The notes under the pieces: model-generated
The model's database searches: none
What the model was told of the DNA's origin: nothing
What the model saw: the letters and a program-made list of their open reading frames with translations, nothing else
Shown here: positions 8,107 through 10,484 of the stretch, piece after piece
Position numbering within the stretch: the stretch's first letter is position 1
Layout: every line of letters starts with the position of its first letter
Translations under genes and position numbers: made by a program
Assembly (NCBI GenBank): GCA_963705725.1
Contig: CAVPKM010000006.1
Span: 1-10,484, forward strand
Direction: 5' to 3'
DNA: 10,484 nt
Origin: an uncultured Gammaproteobacteria bacterium
GTDB lineage: Bacteria > Pseudomonadota > Gammaproteobacteria > UBA6002

Positions 8107-9011
8107 CCTACAGATTTAAAACAGTGATCAGAAATTTCCCCTATCACTTCATTTGGTAATCCTAAATCCTCTTTAGCTGTAAAAAAAGTAAAACAGATCT
8201 GACGTAAATCTTGCAGCTCTTTGGCTTTTTGTTTCAACTGATCGATTACTTCCTGAATAGGTCGATCTAAGAACTTTATTTGCAGCTGATCGCAAACGTT
8301 AATAAGGTAATTAATTTTAATTGGATCAGTTAAATAATGATTGGCATGCTGAATTTTAGCATTGCGATTTTTGTAGGCATATAACTGATAACCTGAAAAG
8401 CCTAGATAAGTGACTAAAAGTATTGAAGGAAGAATTGGTAAAAAATATTTTTCAAACTCTTTTATAACATATTCAGCGGAATCTTTCAATTCTAAAACTT
8501 TTGCCAATTCAGATTTGAGAATATCATCATGAGTATTATTTATTCCATTAAATAACTGACATAATTCTTCATTTATGTCGTGGCAAGCTTCCGAAAAATT
8601 CCCAAGAAAATCAAGTGAACATCTTTCAGACATGGAGAAAGAATTTAATGGAGGACACCCTGCTGAAATATAATTAGCTTGATGCACCAAGAGAGAAGCG
8701 TGAGCGGTAGTAGACTTTAGAGAAAACAATAAATTGGCTATCTCAATTGTGCTCTGCACAGCAGCTAACGCCGTATAGGCGTTCTTAGTATAATTTCGCA
8801 AAGTGTGATAGCCAATATAGCTAGCAGGAATTGAAATAATAAAATTGAATGCTTGTAATAGAAGGGAAGAATAATACTTTTGTTTTGCTTTAATCATCTC
8901 TTTCCTTGCTTCTTCCAAAATGTCAATACACTTGATAATTTTTTCATAGAGAAAAGCATTACTATTGCGATGGGCTTGCGATTTAAAAATAATTTCTGAC
9001 GGATTATTCAT
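8094..9011 (-). CDS. Two-TM hypothetical membrane protein, paralog 1 (candidate effector)
   Basis: 305 aa. AGGTG RBS upstream. Hydrophobic segments SLLLQAFNFIISIPASYIGY and YFLPILPSILLVTYLGFSGYQLY flank a loop with four Cys. Homologous to the ORF ending at 9722. Confidence 0.85.
   Translation of the reverse strand: MNNPSEIIFKSQAHRNSNAFLYEKIIKCIDILEEARKEMIKAKQKYYSSLLLQAFNFIISIPASYIGYHTLRNYTKNAYTALAAVQSTIEIANLLFSLKSTTAHASLLVHQANYISAGCPPLNSFSMSERCSLDFLGNFSEACHDINEELCQLFNGINNTHDDILKSELAKVLELKDSAEYVIKEFEKYFLPILPSILLVTYLGFSGYQLYAYKNRNAKIQHANHYLTDPIKINYLINVCDQLQIKFLDRPIQEVIDQLKQKAKELQDLRQICFTFFTAKEDLGLPNEVIGEISDHCFKSVGYNF
8139..8393. repeat. Near-identical block shared by the two paralogs (partner 9752-10006)
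   Basis: 255 bp with two mismatches (8203/9816 and 8330/9943), both non-synonymous (R/H and T/S). Confidence 0.9.
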
Positions 9012-9108
9012 ACCTGCACCTATATCATAAGTTAGTAAAAATATTCTTATATCATGTAATAAAAAATATGTAATTATATTTGGGTATCTTTTTTTGATAA
9101 TTTACGAT

Positions 9109-9141
9109 GTTAATAATTGTTTAATATTTTCTAAGTAGACT
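9109..9141 (+). promoter_or_regulatory. PmrA-like binding box plus -10 element
   Basis: gTTAATaaT-tg-tTTAATatT (9109-9128) versus the Legionella/Coxiella PmrA consensus cTTAATatT-N2-cTTAATatT, followed after 7 nt by TAGACT (9136-9141). The AT-rich background lowers specificity. Confidence 0.6.
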
Positions 9142-9156
9142 TAAAAATTCAGGGCC

Positions 9157-9678
9157 GACCTGTACTGCGAATCACATCATGTTGAAATGACCCAGACACA
9201 ATATTTCATTACGGAAGACAGGCGTCTGCAATTAGAAAAAGCGCAAAGAGAAGGGCATGTCAAAGATATCGATGTCCTGGGCACAGTAGGCGCCGTGGTA
9301 AGAGATGTTTACGGCAATTTAGCGACAGCCACCTCAACCGGTGGCAAAACCAATAAAACGCCGGGGAGAGTGGGAGATTCACCAATTATCGGTGCTGGCA
9401 CTTGGGCTGATAATAGCTGCTGTGCCATTTCTGCAACAGGCGATGGTGAGATGTTCATTAAATCCGTTTTTGCCCATGAAGTTGCCGCAAGGGTTAAGTA
9501 CAAAGAAGAATTGCTGTCTGTAGCTTGCAAGCAAATCTTGCAGGAAGTCAAACAGCTAGGGGGCGAGGGGGGATGTATTGGAATTGATAAGGATGGAAAT
9601 ATTGTAATGGAATATAACACCTTAGGCATGTACCGCGGCTGGATTGATGAGGTAGGACAGTCTTTTTCTGCTATTTAA
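9157..9678 (+). pseudogene. iaaA: 5'-truncated duplicate of iaaA (end of alpha subunit, linker and complete beta subunit)
   Basis: Lacks the first 128 codons. In-frame TAA at 9142-9144 upstream. A 163-aa ORF from ATG 9187 is possible but has no clear RBS. Confidence 0.85.
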
Positions 9679-9720
9679 CCTACCTACATCCCAGCCTCCG
9701 CACTTAATTAAAAATTGTAC
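9157..9720. repeat. Direct repeat copy 2 (564 bp)
   Basis: Identical by eye to 7543-8106. The junction reads GCcGACC versus GCtGACC in copy 1. Confidence 0.95.
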
Positions 9721-9721
9721 T

Positions 9722-10484
9722 CTACAAGTTTAAAACAGGATCAAGAATTTTCCCTATCACTTCATTTGGTAATCCTAAATCCTCTTTAGCTGTAAAAAAA
9801 GTAAAACAGATCTGATGTAAATCTTGCAGCTCTTTGGCTTTTTGTTTCAACTGATCGATTACTTCCTGAATAGGTCGATCTAAGAACTTTATTTGCAGCT
9901 GATCGCAAACGTTAATAAGGTAATTAATTTTAATTGGATCAGATAAATAATGATTGGCATGCTGAATTTTAGCATTGCGATTTTTGTAGGCATATAACTG
10001 ATAACCCCAATAGACAAGATTACAGGTTAAAAGTAATGAAGGAATAGATAAATAATTTTCAGAGGTTTGTAAATTAGATTCATAGGAATCTTCCACTTTT
10101 AAACCTATTGCCAATTCAGATTTGGCAATATCGATAGCATTTTTTTCATTAAATAACTGACATAGTTGTTCATTTATGTCGTGGCAAGCTTCCGAAAAAT
10201 TCTCATTTATAAGAAAATCGAGTGAACATCTTTCAGACATTGAGAAAATATCTAATGGAGGACACCCTGCTGAGATATATTTAGCTTGTTGCGACAAGAG
10301 CAAATTGTGAATGACAGAAAACCTTAAAGAATGCAATACATTGGTTATATCTGTAATCCTGCTTTGCACATGAGCTAACTCCATAGAGTAGTCCTTAGTA
10401 AAATAATCCCGCAAAACTTGATTGACAATATAGCTAGCAGGACAATAATCCCGCAAAACTTGATTGACAATATAGCTAGCAGGA
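9722..10484 (-). CDS. Two-TM hypothetical membrane protein, paralog 2 (5' end outside the window)
   Basis: The frame stays open to the window edge, so the TTG start at 10456 is an internal Leu codon. Aligns with paralog 1 from PASYI onward. A 1-bp indel gives it a different C-terminal tip. Confidence 0.85.
   Translation of the reverse strand, partial: PASYIVNQVLRDYCPASYIVNQVLRDYFTKDYSMELAHVQSRITDITNVLHSLRFSVIHNLLLSQQAKYISAGCPPLDIFSMSERCSLDFLINENFSEACHDINEQLCQLFNEKNAIDIAKSELAIGLKVEDSYESNLQTSENYLSIPSLLLTCNLVYWGYQLYAYKNRNAKIQHANHYLSDPIKINYLINVCDQLQIKFLDRPIQEVIDQLKQKAKELQDLHQICFTFFTAKEDLGLPNEVIGKILDPVLNL
10402..10484. repeat. 42-bp in-frame tandem repeat (at least 2 copies, cut by the window end)
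   Basis: AATAATCCCGCAAAACTTGATTGACAATATAGCTAGCAGGAC at 10402-10443, repeated exactly from 10444 to the end (41 bp). Encodes PASYIVNQVLRDY(C/F). Confidence 0.92.

Noticed and set aside
9021-9055. TATATCAT direct repeat (9021-9028 and 9048-9055) upstream of paralog 1
   Set aside because: It is an 8-bp AT-rich word in an AT-rich spacer and matches no regulator site I can name.
748-9629. Short alternative-frame ORFs (748-954, 793-984, 2437-2802, 2854-3045, 5078-5320, 5142-5363, 6278-6505, 7281-7502, 7695-8015, 7727-7909, 9309-9629, 9341-9523)
   Set aside because: All lie wholly within longer, better-supported genes and have no recognisable motifs, so they are treated as shadow ORFs.
7543-9720. 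attL/attR of a phage or IS-bounded element
   Set aside because: No integrase, transposase or terminal inverted repeats are visible, and homology continues into the neighbouring gene, which fits a tandem duplication. An element outside the window cannot be excluded.
9708-9733. Imperfect palindrome (TTGTA-CTC-TACAA core) as a bidirectional terminator
   Set aside because: The stem is short and AT-rich, and it is not preserved in copy 1.
10454-10456. TTG start of paralog 2
   Set aside because: It is a Leu codon inside the tandem repeat. The frame is open to the window edge, and paralog 1 has about 60 further N-terminal residues.
8094-10484. Diversity-generating retroelement (template repeat / variable repeat pair)
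   Set aside because: Differences between the paralogs are not adenine-specific (G/C, C/T, T/G changes and indels), both copies are coding, and no reverse transcriptase is in the window.
10402-10484. CRISPR array
   Set aside because: The 42-bp units are directly adjacent with no spacers, lie in frame within a CDS, and no cas genes are present.

Overview
AT-rich bacterial window, probably from a Legionellales-type (Legionella/Coxiella-like) intracellular bacterium. This is inferred from a Wip-family effector phosphatase and a PmrA-type box. The left part is a fumC-aconitase operon on the - strand followed by a small 4-TM membrane protein. The middle holds a divergent pair of candidate effectors (a 537-aa orphan and a Wip-like metallophosphatase) and an isoaspartyl peptidase/asparaginase (iaaA). 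The right part is the most unusual: a 1614-bp-period tandem duplication of [iaaA 3' half + convergent two-TM orphan gene + its upstream region]. By eye, the 564-bp block carrying the iaaA fragment is identical between the copies. The Cys-scaffolded inter-TM loop of the orphan gene has diverged heavily, mostly by amino-acid-changing substitutions and in-frame indels. The duplication junction places a PmrA-like box and a -10 element directly in front of the truncated iaaA copy. The window ends inside a 42-bp in-frame tandem repeat of the second paralog. All comparisons were done manually, and an assembly artefact cannot be excluded.
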